From the NCBI GenBank assembly GCA_009103225.1, contig RHPI01002090.1:974725-1038724 (forward strand): a stretch of 64,000 nucleotides of DNA, in the 5' to 3' direction. This DNA is from Chlorokybus atmophyticus. Its lineage: Eukaryota > Plantae > Mesostigma and Chlorokybus algae. A program made the translations under genes and the position numbers. How positions within the stretch are numbered: the stretch's first letter is position 1; the number at the start of each line of letters is the position of its first letter. Shown here one piece after another: positions 13,838 to 27,300 of the stretch. Below the pieces are notes generated by a model. The model saw nothing but the letters and a program-made list of their open reading frames with translations, was not told the origin of the DNA and made no database searches.

Positions 13838-16800
13838 AGATGGAGTAGAGCAGCTGGGGGGATCGCAGCAGGCGCCATTGCTGCCGTTGGAGCAGTGCTG
13901 ATGATCCGCTTGGAGGTCAGTGTGCTCGTCATTGCTCAGATTGTGCTCAGGGCTTGTGTTTCCCAAGCCAGGCTTAGGGCTAGTTTCTGCCGTGGTCGTG
14001 GATGTGCAGTGAGCTGTCAGCCGTGGTAGTTGAGGCTTTCCGGCTGATTACCTGCTCAACTGCACAGTGCAGCTCATTGTGTCTGATCTGCTGCGCATTG
14101 GTACACACGGAGTGGTCCCTAGGGTAATACTTCTCGTGATACACTCGATCTCAACACTGCTGAGGCTAAGACCGTAGAACAAGCAGTGCACAAGCTGTGA
14201 TGACTGTGCTTGTGGACAAGTGTAGGTGAGCAGTGCGGACGTGCTGAGATCACTCAACCTGATCTGAGAAACATTGATTTGAGTGCGGGTCATTGAAGTC
14301 TTACATAACGGTTGAACTGACACAGACATAAGGTGCTGTATGTTGCTGCCAACGTTAAGGGCAACAACAGCTGTTGGCAAGCCTAAACAAGGCATAATGC
14401 ACAGTGTGGTCGGTGGACACACACCCCTTTGATCTGCTTGCAATGATTGTAATCAATTAAGTAGTTAGGCAAAAGTTCTTTGGTTCAGTTGTTCTGTGCT
14501 TTGCATGCTACATGTCAGCAGCACTGTTTTGTTACATTCGGGGGTTGAAGGGCAAGCACGTCAATCGTTGGGTTTCAACGATATCATGTTTTCAAGCTTG
14601 ACGACACAGTTTGCAGCACGCGAAAGCATAAACAGAGCCCACACAGCAGCTTCGCTGAGCTTTGGTTGTAGAGCGCAATGCCAGCAATGGATAGAGACTC
14701 ACAAAATCTGAAAACAACGTCGTTGATGGGACTGCTTTGCTGAGTGGCACAATATGTCGATGCACGCAGAGCACTGAAGCTCAAGCAAGGCTGGCTGCAC
14801 ATGGGCGTACGGATCATGGGTGCGTGTTATGAGCGCTGTGATGGAGGTAATCGCTACGCCTGAGGGTCCTCGCGCTAGGTGGAGGCAAGAAGCCGTGTTG
14901 GAAGTTGACAAGTTGGATGCGCATACCGCTCAACCACACATTGGACACAGCCCAGGTATGGCTGCTGAAAGCAACCCGCTCGACGCACGTCGTTTGCGTA
15001 TTGCATAGTCGTCTCATAACACTGAGGTTGTGGTTTCATGTCTGTGTGCGCATTCACTGCCAGCAGCAAAGGGATATGCTAGGCGAGTAGTGGCTGCCCC
15101 GGTCTCACCACGCGAGTCCTTGGAAAGCTCGCAGCGGACCGTTGACAGCCGTCGGCATGCAGCTTCCTTCTCGGCACTACCGGACAGTCTCAGAGTGAGT
15201 GTCTGCCGCACTCAACACAAGCTTAACCTAGCCAACAGAGCCGTTACGCTCACGTTAATGTGGGTGCGGCCTGCACTCTACTTATGACACGTGCTGACTG
15301 CAGCAGGAGTCTAAGTTGCCACAGAGCCCCAGACGATTGAAAGCATTGCTATGTAAGGCAGTTTGGCATGTTTCACATATATGCAGTGCAGCCTCAGTGT
15401 GCAATTTGTTGCTTAGCTGCAGTGCACTGCCATTGCTTGCTTGAACCCAACCAAGCTGCTGTGTCTAGCAGACCGCCTGCATTCTGTTGACGACACATCC
15501 GCGCAGCCGCCATCTCCCAGCCCTCGAGGCTTCAACTTATCCCAAGACAGGTATATATCAGCCAAAACGCCCGTACTGCCACCTGCGGGGTGCGCTCTCG
15601 ACTGGCCTGCCTTGACTGGGTATTTCTTATGTTGGGATGTGGCTGCCTTGGCCCGGTGGCAGCAGCTACACAATACATGGCCCACAATTGCACCTTTTAG
15701 CAGGTCAGGGGATGCTGTGAGTTCTCACGATGACAGCCAGGATGCTGCAGATCAGCAGATCGACACCTCTCACGAGAACAGGGACCAAGTAAGCAACATT
15801 GCAATGTGTCTATTAACAAGATTCTTATTTCATATGTCAATGCCTATGCTTGGACGATGACATAACCAAAACTTGTAAAAGCAACATTGGTTGCGTGCGC
15901 TGTGTTGAAGGACGATGCAGAGTATGAGGATGTTGCAAGTGCTGCAGACATTCGCGTGGAAGTTGCCGGGAAGGATGCTTCACCCATGGCATCGCCTGCA
16001 AGTGTTGATGCGCCGGCTGAGTCCTGGCGGCACCTGCTTGGGGACTGGTTCTCACGTGCAGGGATTGAAAAGTTGGCCGACCAACCTGTAAAGCACAGTT
16101 CCCATGGTACCAGAACCATGCCTGCTGGCTCTGAAGTAATGCAATCTGAAGAACACTCAGATGGCGGGCATCTCAGCCGCTGCGACAGCGGCAAGTCTGC
16201 GAGCACGAGCCAGTCCGTGGAAATGGACATCCACTCTGCACATGCGCATGCCTTGCAACGGTTGGATGGCATCAGACACACTGATGGCGAACTGTATCAG
16301 CAGCAGGGTGCGTGCTTTAAACTTGGCAGAACTCGTCAGTCCTTTCACAATCAGCTGATCCCTTCTGATGTCCACATGTTGCACAGATCACTGGGTGCAC
16401 TCCCCGTCATCGCCAACATACCTCTCCATGCAAGCTGCGCTGCATCGAGCCAGAGAGCGAGCAAACTCCCCACCACCACCGTCTCCATGGGGAAGGTCCC
16501 CCTTGCACACGCGCACGCAGAGTGTTCCCTCCGACTTGAATGCTTCAGGCGACTTGCAGCGGCAGAACGCCGAGTTAAACGGCATGGTCACCACCCTTGA
16601 CGACTTGGTGCAGAAGTTGTGGTTGCGAGTGCTTTCTCTGGAGGTGCGTTGTGTGGTGTACAAGCTTGTTGGTGCCTCGCGTGGTGAGTCAACAAACACC
16701 AATGCATCCTCATGCTGCAGGATCAAGTGCGCGACCTCGGGGCTGAGCCCGTGCTGACAGAGCAAGCTGCGTTGACTCACATATGCGGTGTTCCAGTGGT

Positions 16801-17494
16801 AAGCAACGTGAACCACCTACCTTGCGATTGCACATAATCCCGTATCACGCTGAGATTTTAACCTTGTGATTTCTTCCAGGATGAGCTCACGGGTCTGCCG
16901 GATTACCACGGCGTGTTTGCTGTTAAGCACGTCGATCAGCATAAAAAACACCGGACAAAGTCATTCAAGCGCTGGAACAAGCTAAAAAGCGCGACGTGGC
17001 TACGCACTTCCCACAGGGCCTCGGATGTGGAGCGAGCAATTGCACAGCACAGTCCCAGTGTGACGTCGCACGGCAGCAGCACAGCTGCATTCACACCCGT
17101 TGACTCCCCCACCGCGCATCAAGTATCATCGCAGGACAGAACTCCGGCAGAATCCCCCGAAACCTCTGTCGAGTTAACAGCGTTCAAGCCGGAGGGCGCG
17201 GAACTCCTGGAGCACTCGGTGCGACACATTGCGCGAGCTCGCTCTAGGGGCAAGCATGCAATATTCAAGAGCATCACACCGCAGCAAGAGCAGAGCAGTG
17301 TTGATGATGATGCTCCGTCTGATGCGGAGGAGGTGTCGGCACTGAAACAGCGCATGTGGCAGCGCATGCGCCAGGCAAAGGACGCGCCCGCTCCACCTTC
17401 GCTCATGCAGCAGCTGCGCAGGGCGCTGAGCGGCTTGCACAGCAAACACAAGGAGTGTGCCACAAACCCCACACCAGCAAGTGAACGGCTGTAA
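13838..17494 (+). CDS. Uncharacterised multi-exon protein (boundaries approximate)
   Basis: A phase-consistent junction 14955|gt...ag|15064 joins WVRVMSAVMEVIATPEGPRARWRQEAVLEVDKL...HSP to AAKGYARRVV...DSLR|gtgagt. Later exons include a coiled-coil-like GDLQRQNAELNGMVTTLDDLVQKLWLRVLSLE, and the terminal ORF ends at 17494. No family recognised; the 5' end is a guess. Confidence 0.5.
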
Positions 17495-19525
17495 CTGCAC
17501 TACAGATCAGTACCGGTGTGTTGCGCTGCAGTAGTGCTGGTATCTGAACAGCAGCCACACACATCAACCTGCTTTCGGCCACCACAATGATGCGCACCAT
17601 AGGTGCTAGTGCTGGTAACTATTGGTCACCTTTCCAATTGAATTTGGGGGTAAGGCACATACATGACGTATATGATGAGCCGTTTGCCTTAGGCAAGTGA
17701 CCTGTCATTCTTACATGCATCGTATATTTAAACATGCTGGTGTGTGGGCTATGTGGCTGAGGCTGTGTAATACTCGCCATTGCATCATGCATGCGGCCAA
17801 GCGAGTGTGTGCATGGCACATGGCAAAGCACAACATACCACGGATGTGAGCTAGCCCTGCTTAAGCATACACATTCAGCATTGCACTCGTATCATTTTGT
17901 AATATTGCATCCCTTCCATCGCAGTGTAAATGTATCATAGCATACGCATTTATCTATAGCCACGTGACTGCTTTGCATTGTTGACGTGATGTTGCTTGAG
18001 CAATTGCATACCTTGATGCTACTCCCTTTTTGCATATGAAAATTTCGCTGACGCATTAGTTATGAAGTTAATGTCATCAACGGGGTAATAAACACATAAC
18101 TTATGTGTCCTGATGTGCATTCATCACACAAATTTAAGATGAATAGCAAATTCACCTTACCCATTTCATAAGTTGATTTGAGCGTACCTTATTGCAATAC
18201 ATATTGGTGTTCATTGGTTTCCAACTCTTGTGTGTTGGGTTGTAGTTCATAAAACGCCACAATTACAATGTAGCGTGAGACCTTTCAATGCATATACTTA
18301 CATCTATACACACATATAACATGTATGTTGGCGATCAGCCGCGTTGTGGGGCCATATTATAGCCTTTGCATGTATTGTTCATAACCACATAAATGAATAT
18401 CACGCAATATGAGAATACCATTCGCCTACACTCAAACATCATATCGGCGTTTGATACAAGCTTGCAAATATTGCTGCAACTCAATTGAATGCATGATACA
18501 CACACACACACACCCTCCGGCACCTCCGCACGGGTGGGGCCCAGTGTGATAGTAAAACTTGCTTTAATTGAGACTTTAACTTGCGTACATAATATGTATA
18601 TTGATGAACTTGCAATCGTTATATAATCAATGTATTATTAACAATTCTGATTGGCTTCATCTTTCTAGCTGTAAAATGTGTACCAAGTAACATGAGTAGT
18701 CACGATTTGTTAATGTAGTTGCTCGTCAGAATGTCAATTGTTTTTAGCAATTGTGCGCATCAATATAGCTTCAGTATTTGTCAAATATAACAAATAGGCC
18801 ACAATAATAACATCACAATGTCATTACTGTGGCTTTCGAAAGCCATTTGTTGAAAACACTTGAAACACCAACATGAGCCGCATTGGCTTCTTGGAACCAC
18901 TTCTTACAATGCTGATGTGACTCATCTAACGTTTTGTGTTCCACACAATGGGATTGCGTGGAACATGACACAAGCGTGACTTGTTGTGCATTTCATGCTT
19001 TGGAGCAAGTTTTATCCTATCTCGGCGCCTGTTGACTCCGTCGCAGCGTCGACGCGCGTCCGCTCGCCAGCGTCGACTGTTGACTCCTTCGCAGCGACGA
19101 CGCGCACTGCACTGCGCACTGCACTCCGCGGCAAGCGTCTACGCGTCATGCACGTCGTTGTACTGGACTGAGGCAGGCCGGCGATCGGGCGGCGGCGACG
19201 CTGGCGAGGGGAGGGGCGGAGCTGCCGCCGTCGTCGTCGTCGTCGCCGTGGGGGCCGGCGGGGCTGCGCGGCTCCTCCTCCGCCTCGGCGTTTCTGGACC
19301 ACCTCCAAGATCAGCACGACGGCATTGCCTCGTCCGGCATACGGTCGCCGCCTCTAAGCGCCGCTGGCACTGCCCCCTCGCTGCCTTCCCCCGCCGCCGT
19401 CATCGCTGCCGCAACCGCCGCCTCCTCAAACCCGAAGTCTCCAGGCCCCTTTCCCAGAGAACCCCGCAAGTCGATACCCAGTCCATTGCCTCCCCAGCAG
19501 CATACGCCAACCACAGTCCAGGTAC

Positions 19526-19830
19526 TACTGCAGTCGTTATGGCATGCACAGTCCGCATCACAGCTGCTCTGGATGCAATGCTGACTGGGAACATTACCGT
19601 AGTGCTGATGTTTGTGCAATGTCTATGCACTTTGTCAGCAATGCCACAACGGTTGATCACAAGTGCGTATGCCCCCAAGTACTGCAGCAATTGTCATGGC
19701 ATGCACAGCCGTTGTAGCTGCTCTCAATGCAATGCTGACTTGGAACATTACCCTAATACTGATGTTTGTGCATTAAGTTGATGCACTTGGTCAGCAGTGT
19801 CATAATGGTTGCTTAAAAGCGCGTATGCAA
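19526..19830. repeat. Diverged tandem duplication, unit about 157 bp
   Basis: ATGGCATGCACAG...GCAATGCTGACT(G/T)GGAACATTACC...CTGATGTTTGTGCA occurs starting at 19539 and again at 19696. Confidence 0.85.
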
Positions 19831-20242
19831 CGGTTGTCTCACTCTTGCATCTGCAGAGTTCGGGCACATGCGCAGCACTGTGCTTCTGGCTATTACTTGG
19901 AGCAACACTCATCGCAAGTTGAACTTGCCTGATGCTCGCTGTCGAGCTGCCACGGATGTCACAAGTTGAAACTGTGTTGCTTGCCATGTAGCAGCATAGG
20001 AGTAATCAACCAATGGAAGAACAGGATACTCATGCATGTCGGGGTTATGAACCAGAAAGCTCACTTATAAGCTTGTGTTAACGGGTTCATCACCAGCTGG
20101 GCATCATTGTCAGCACATGCAATGTGCTGACAATGACCATTGATAGGTGTTCTAGTAGCGTCAATTATCATCACCCTTCTACGTGCAGGTGGTGATTGGT
20201 GGCGAGCGGGAGGAGACTTGGCCGCTGCTGCTGTCCCCTGCA

Positions 20243-22101
20243 ATGGTAGTGGCCGGATACAGCTGGCGGACATTGAGCCTGCTGTGCGTGTGCGTTGCTG
20301 GCGTATGGCTGTCTTATGTCGTGCAGGGTGTGCTACAAGAAGACATGTAAGCCTCCGCTTGTCTGCCTCTTCTATCAATATAGTTTGGTCTGGAGCACTT
20401 GTGGGCTTACCACAACGCACCATTTTGCACATGCGTCATTGAGTGGCAATAGTGATGGAATTACTGGTAACTAAAGATTGTCACTGATGTGCTGACTGTG
20501 ATGCTTTACAGATCCACGAGGCGCTATGCACCTGACGGTCAGCAGTTCCCCCATTTGGTATTCTTGAATTTCGCGCAAAGTGTCGCCTGCTTCTTGTGGG
20601 CTGGTGCAGGTAAGCGTATATATCGGCTATCATGTTTGAGTTCCACGTCAATAGCTGTCAAGCCGTCAGTCACAAGGAGTGCGCCTGTTCTTCCTTGGGC
20701 TGCCTGCACAGTTACAGCCACAGTGTCATTATATTCTTGCTGTGCATATTGATGTGCAACGTCAGCGCCATTGGCTGACCGTCGTTTCTTTGCGCAGTTG
20801 TTGCCTGGATGTCAAAATTCCGATCTCGATATGAAAACGCACACCTGCCATTTTGGGGTTACTTGTGGCCTGCGCTGTCGAACTCCATAGGTAATGGCAT
20901 AGGCGGCCAGCTCAGCGCACTGTATCAACCTGCAGCTTGCTTCACTGTCTTAGCGCAACCTCGTTCGCAGGCCCTGCTTGCGGCATGCAGGCCTTGAAGA
21001 ACATCAGCTATCCAGCACAGGTGTGTGCTTGCCACAGTTGTATGATGTGCAAGATTGCCTGCCTGTTGTTGTAGTAGTGTTGAAGGAGGGTGGTTTCAAT
21101 TCTAGCCCGGTGCAGGTTCTGGCCAAGTCATCCAAGATGGTGGCAGGTCGGTTTCACATCAAGTGCTAGGCTCTAGGATCGGTACTATCTGCCTCTGATT
21201 GAATATGTGCAAATAACCTGGTGTGCCCGCAGTCATGGTCGCTGGCACTCTATTGTCTGGCGCTGTCTATTCCTATGGAGAGTACATGTGTGCCTTCCTG
21301 ATCGCTGGTGGCATTTCAGTGTTTGCCATGTTCAAGGTGAGTGCACAAGTGGTTTAAGCAATTCCTTGTACCCATGCTGAGAGATGTGCAGTAATAGGAA
21401 AGTTCTTGCCGCCACAAGGCTATGTTATGCGGTGAAGTAACAGTCAACACCACCTCATGAACCTGTTTTCTGATGCCAGGCTTCCAAAGCGACTTTGGAC
21501 AAATTGGCCAACTACAACGCTCCGTTAGGGTACTTCTTGTGCGCTGTTAACTTGGCCATGGACGGCTACACCAATGCTGCACAAGACCGGTTGCACAGCA
21601 GGTCAGCGCGGACCCTTGTGTACGCGTGCGCTGTGTACTGCTGGCGTGTTGAGCTTTGTCATAACCAGTGCTTTGCGCAGGTACCCAAAATTGAACAGCC
21701 TGGATATGATGTGTGGGATCAACTTCTTCTGCTCTGTCATATCCGCATTGGGCTTGTTTGTCTTCACCGACGTCGGGTACCAAGCCATCCTCTTCATCCA
21801 ATACCATCCAAGGGTTGGATACGATATTGTCCTGTACTGCCTCTGCGGAATAGTTGGCCAGAACTTCATCTTCCTCACAATCAACCGCTTCGGGTCGCTG
21901 ATCTGCACAACCATTACGACACTGCGCAAGTTCACGAGCATACTGCTCTCATCGGTCTGGAACAACAACCCCTTGAGCTCTGCGCAGTGGGCGGGAGTGT
22001 TCTTGGTGTTTTTAGGGCTTTTCCTAAGCATTTACATAAAGGCATCCAGGCGCAAGAGCGGGTTGCAAAAGAAGCCTGGTGTTGATGCAAAGGGTCATTG
22101 A
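20243..22101 (+). CDS. UDP-galactose/UDP-glucose transporter (UTr1/UTr3, SLC35B1-like nucleotide-sugar transporter)
   Basis: Spliced exons give MVVAGYSWRTLSLLCVCVAGVWLSYVVQGVLQEDI|STRRYAPDGQQFPHLVFLNFAQSVAC...ALKNISYPAQ|VLAKSSKM...NLAMDGYTNAAQDRL...GQNFIFLTINRFGSLICTTITTLRKFTSILLS...GVDAKGH*. Confidence 0.93.
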
Positions 22102-22316
22102 GGGAAATAGGTCAGATGGGTCTGTTGTGTGGTCACAACTTGTGCCCGCACAATATGCCAACAGAGCTGGGTCGGTCACTTCAGCAGTAGACATTGCAAG
22201 AACACTTTGACTGACACATCTACTGACAATGTCGCAAGTGATTGTCTCACAAGCCTCCAGTCACACATGCTTTGTACATTTGTCCTTGTGCATAACTCTC
22301 AGGCAAATCGCATCAA

Positions 22317-24284
22317 TCACTGCTTTAGAAGGTGCTGCCTGAACCATGCGTGCATCTCAGTCAGGGCTGTCTTCGCATCCGCAACATCGTCTGCCTGCAT
22401 GCAACACGGCATGCGCTCATTAAGTTTTCTCACGTATACACAAGACGCAGACCACACCTTCGGGTCATGTGCAAAAGCGTGTCCTCGACCCGGGAACACC
22501 AGAAGCCGGTGCTCACACTGTATCATCACAAACTTAAAGAGAATTTGTATGACAATTGCTGCTGTGCAGCAGATAAGCACAATCACACCGCCGCCAACAA
22601 ATAAGTCAAGTTACGTAGTCTTACCGCAGCGGTGTCAAAGAGATGCTTTTGCAGCGAAGTCACCTGCACAAGAGTGTGCGATCAGTTGAGTAACGCTGGC
22701 ACACATGAAGTGCACGCAGGTTTAATGTATGGCCACAAGGCTATGTAGCGCGCACCACATCATGAGTGACCAGATGGTCTTGATCTCCTGCATGTTACAC
22801 GCAGTTGGTAAGCACAGACAGCTGGCGGTGCATTTGTGACAACCGTTGCACTGCACCTGCTATGAACAGCAGTGGCGCAGCGATGGTAGATGCAATGCGC
22901 GGGTTGACTCGTGTGCCATAGAAGGACACTCCGGCAGCTGCTCACAAAATCTTAGTTGGTGAAATGCTCGGGTAACTCACTCACAGCCCACCTTTGCACT
23001 CACCATACTGGTTGGCGTCATCCTCGGCCAACAACTCAATCACCCGCCCTCCACCAATGCTGCACGCGCACATGATTACCTGTGCACTGCATGAAATGCT
23101 AGACGACACACGCACCAGAATCCTAGCAGACCCAAACGTTGGACACGCTGCTTCATGTGGTGAACAGCTGCGGTAATGTCAGTAAGTATGTTCTCTGGCG
23201 TATGCTGCGAGCGCCATCGCTCATAGGCTTCCTGCGCGCAAGCATGATTGTTGCTGCTGCGTGACATACACATCGTGTTGTGTCCAACCAGTGCTGTCAT
23301 CACACCTGGTCACTGTAATCGCCTTTCCATGGTTTGCCTCGGAACATGTCCACCAGCAGCACGTAGAAGCCTTGCTTCGCCAAATTCCGTCCCACTGCAC
23401 CATTCGCCTTGTCACGGTGCCCTCTCACTGCACACACAGCACAGGTTGTTGGCAACTCAACGCAAATGGTGCCCTATACGCTCGCGCTCGCTGCCACGCA
23501 CGCAGCAACCGGCCAAGGTACTTCAACGTTGTGTATGCACCTGCGATGTCGTACCATCGCTGAGCAGCAGGATGCCCGCGGAGCTACTTCCATTGCTAAA
23601 GCATATGCACACTGTTAGCTCTGTGAGATGTTAACAATTGACAACGATACTGCGCATTGCTGGTGCGTGGAATCTCGAGCTCTACGCACCTGCCATCGTA
23701 TGCGATTGCATCAATGGTTCCCGAGCTGTTTCCACGGGGGATGGTGACATTCTGTGCCTGCAAGCTTGATGACAAGCATGATGGTGACGCAGGGCGGCGC
23801 TCTGTGTTTGTGGTGGCATTCGCTGCAAACCTCCTTTTGTGCCATACCAACGTTTGCACTTGATTTCTGCTGCTTGGCCGTGGAGGCTGGGAGGCACTCT
23901 GGGCTGCAATCTGCGAATGACAATGACAGAGACGAATGCTTAACACTAAGCATGTCCTCTGCCAGCTGTAAGCTTACATCGCTTGCGAGCTACCAGCATG
24001 CAGCATGCAATACTCACAAGTTGCAGCAGTACACACGAGGAAGACCATGAGCAAGATGCAAGTGCTACACTCTGTACCAAACCTCAGCTCAAAGCACGCA
24101 ATGCGCTGTGCAAACAAGGCACTTGATGGCACTTGCTTACAGCTTGCTGGCGTCCTCCTGGAGGCAGTTTAGTGGTAGAAGGGCAGCAGGACAAGGCTAC
24201 GGGCGACCAGAAGCGCAGTGAGCTCGAGGCTGCCATCGCCCTGACCGCCGGCAGCACCACAGCCGCCGCCGACATCGCACGCAT
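22317..24284 (-). CDS. Dienelactone hydrolase family protein (alpha/beta hydrolase) with a transit-peptide-like N-terminus
   Basis: Exons give AGILLLSD, RNLAKQGFYVLLVDMFRGKPW, RLGLLGF (approaching the nucleophile motif) and LVFPGRGHAFAH (catalytic His motif), ending AKTALTEMHAWFRQHLLKQ*. Exon 1 reads MRAMSAAAVVLPAVRAM...QQA|gtaagc. Confidence 0.85.
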
Positions 24285-24322
24285 AACTCCACTGCAACGC
24301 AGCACAGCATGCACGCTGCGCC

Positions 24323-27300
24323 ATGCTGCGGAACGCTACCAGGGCGGCGGCGGCGGCGGTGAGATCTGGGTTGACGACGGCGGTGGGGCTGGGCTGGCTG
24401 CCCACGGAGGCAGGTGGTTGCCCTGCTGGCACTATTGCTGCTGCTGCAGCTGCTGAGCGAGTGCACTCCTGGCGGTGGTGCAGCAGCAGCAGCAGCAGCG
24501 CCAGCGGCGACGGCACAGCCTTCTCCGCTTCTGCTTTGAAGCCATGGGCGCCGATCATAGCTGTGGCTCGTCCCTGCTTCAGAGGTGATTACTCCTTAGA
24601 ACATTACCTGGTCCGTCGCACGCATCAGTGTATGCTGAGGCGAATCCCTCTGACCGAACAATGCGAACAAGGTGCATGCGATCAGGTTGCTGGAGAGTCG
24701 CGCACGCAATGACAGAGTTTCGGCTCAAGGGCATTGTCCGCATAACCTGTTACCATCCACTTACATGACTGCAAGTCGAGTTTACGGTTACCACCAGGAC
24801 AAATTCGCCTGCTGTGCAATAGTTTTCGCTGGTAATGGTTCCAAACACTTGTGCATGTAGGTGTCAATGCGGCGTACAGTGCACTCGCTGCAACAGCTGC
24901 AGTTCAGGCGGCCACAGCTCACTCGCGCACAGTGGACCTGGACGCCTTCCCACCAGAGCGCGTGCGCAACTTTGGCATCATCGCACATGTTGACCATGGG
25001 AAGAGCACTCTAGCTGACCGCCTGCTGGAGATGACCGGCACGATACAGCGCGGCGGCCCTCAACAGTACTTAGACAAGCTGCAGGTGGGTTTTACACACA
25101 GCATGCCCCGTCTCGAGGTGCCTGCTTGCACGTGCCCACATCGTGCACGAGTAAACACATCGTCTCATGGCATCTTGCCATGCAGGTTGAGCGGGAACGA
25201 GGCATTACAGTCAAGGCACAGACCGTGTCGCTCGTGTACAGGCATAGTGACGGCTTCGATTACTTGCTCAACTTGATTGACACACCGGGCCACGTTGACT
25301 TCAGCTATGAAGTGAGCCGCAGCCTCGCAGCCTGCCAGGGCGCTTTGCTTCTAGTTGACGCTGCTCAAGGCATCCAGGTGGGTTATCCTTAAGACACATG
25401 TACATCATAGAGACTTGGTTGTCACGTTAGCGGCAACACGCATGGCTTCGTAGCCAGTTGTTGTGTACACCCTGACTATTTTGCATATCATATAGGCGCA
25501 GACGCTTGCAAACTTCTACTTGGCATTTGAGAACGGCATCAAAATCATCCCTGTTATCACCAAGATTGATCAGCCTCACTCGGACATACCGAGAGTTGCC
25601 GAGCAGCTGAAGTCCGTTCTTGACGTGAACCCAACAGAGATCCTCACCATCTCTGCCAAGGCTGGATTGGGTCTGGAACAGGTACTCTTGTTGAATGAGG
25701 CTTGGACAAGCTGATGGCGCAGTAGAATCGGACGGTCAATGCCCCTGAAACTTTGCAGGTGCTACCCGCAGTTGTAGAGAGCATTCCCGCGCCTTCAGGC
25801 CGTGCATCCGAGCCTCTGAAGCTGTTGCTGTTCGACTGCTACTATGACGACTATCGTGGCGTGATTTGCCTTGTCGAGGTAGTGTGGTTGTTTGCGTGTC
25901 ATGCCATCCGCCCTCTACTGCATGATAACCATGCCACTGATGCCATAAGGAATTTGGCAGGTGTTGGATGGAGAGATGTTGAAGGGAGAGCGCATCACAT
26001 CAGCCGCTACAGACCAGAGCTATGAGGTGCTTGATGTAGGCATACTTCACCCTGAGCTCACTCCAACAGGGAGACTGCTTACTGGCCAGGTGAGTGCCAC
26101 ACACGCTTGGGTAATGCTGAGGTTGCAGCTATATGTGGTCAATATTTTCAGTTAGTCGATCCCTCAGGCCTCTTGGTGGTAGCTTAGCCAACACACCACA
26201 TTCTGTGTCGCTTGCCTGGCAGGTTGGTTACATCATTACGGGGATGCGAACTACCCGTGAAGCGCGCGTAGGTGACACGCTTTACCGTCTGGGAAAGCCC
26301 GTTGAGCCGCTGCCCGGTTTCAAGCCTGCGAGGTCTACCGTGTATGCGGGAGTGTACCCGACCAGCAATGCCGATTATGACGGTCTGCGAGCTGCTATTG
26401 AGAAGCTCACTTGCAACGATGCAAGCGTGGCTGTCTCCAAAGAAAGCTCCGCTGCCCTTGGTATTGGCTTCAGGTATCGTCCACCAGCAGCGATACTAGC
26501 TGCTTGAGCTGCCACTGATATTTGCATGTGCTGTATGTGATGTTCGCAACTATGCATTGACAGGGCTGTTTGTAGTGTGGCTTGATGCGGGCTTTACATG
26601 TGTGCAGATGCGGCTTTCTTGGTCTCCTTCACATGGATGTCTTCTTTCAGAGGCTTGAGCAGGTGTGTCTTCTCACGGACTAATTGTTACTGTGCTAGTT
26701 CTTTGCCACAACAATTTGCTGATTCATGTTATATCGGTGACAATGTTATATTGGTAACAGGAGTACGGCGCCTCGGTTATTGGCACAGCCCCGACGGTGC
26801 CATACATTGTTGAGTATGCGGATGGAAGGTAAGGTGCTGCTGTTGTCAGTTGAGTAAGGCCTGCAGTTTTAGGCTACACACTGTTGCATGTTGCATGATG
26901 CGCCCCCTCAGTTGCTCTATTCGCTCGCTGCTGCTGCAGTCAGCAGCAACTCTCCAATGCAGCGCAGTTGCCAGCAGCGGGTGAAACTAGCAAAGCCCGC
27001 ATTGCCAGGATACTGGAGCCAACTGTAAATGCCACGGTGATCAGTCCCTCAGAGTAAGTGACGCACGGAAAACTGTGTTGCTCTCACTGTCAACGGAGTT
27101 AAGGTTGCAACGTGTTGCCTGCCTTTAACCAGTATGGGTGCATATTGTGTTGCTAGATCACTCCGTTTGCTATCTGGTATGTTATATTGAGTCTGTCTGT
27201 CTGTACGCATGTATGTGCGTTCGTACGTACTACTAGAATTTTACACGTACGCATAGGTCTACTACTAGAGCATATTGCATGCCGCTCGAGTAGTGCTTAA

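Noticed and set aside
14847-14878. Apparent 32-nt micro-intron
   Set aside because: A different frame reads straight through this segment and splices in phase to the next exon, so no tiny intron is needed.
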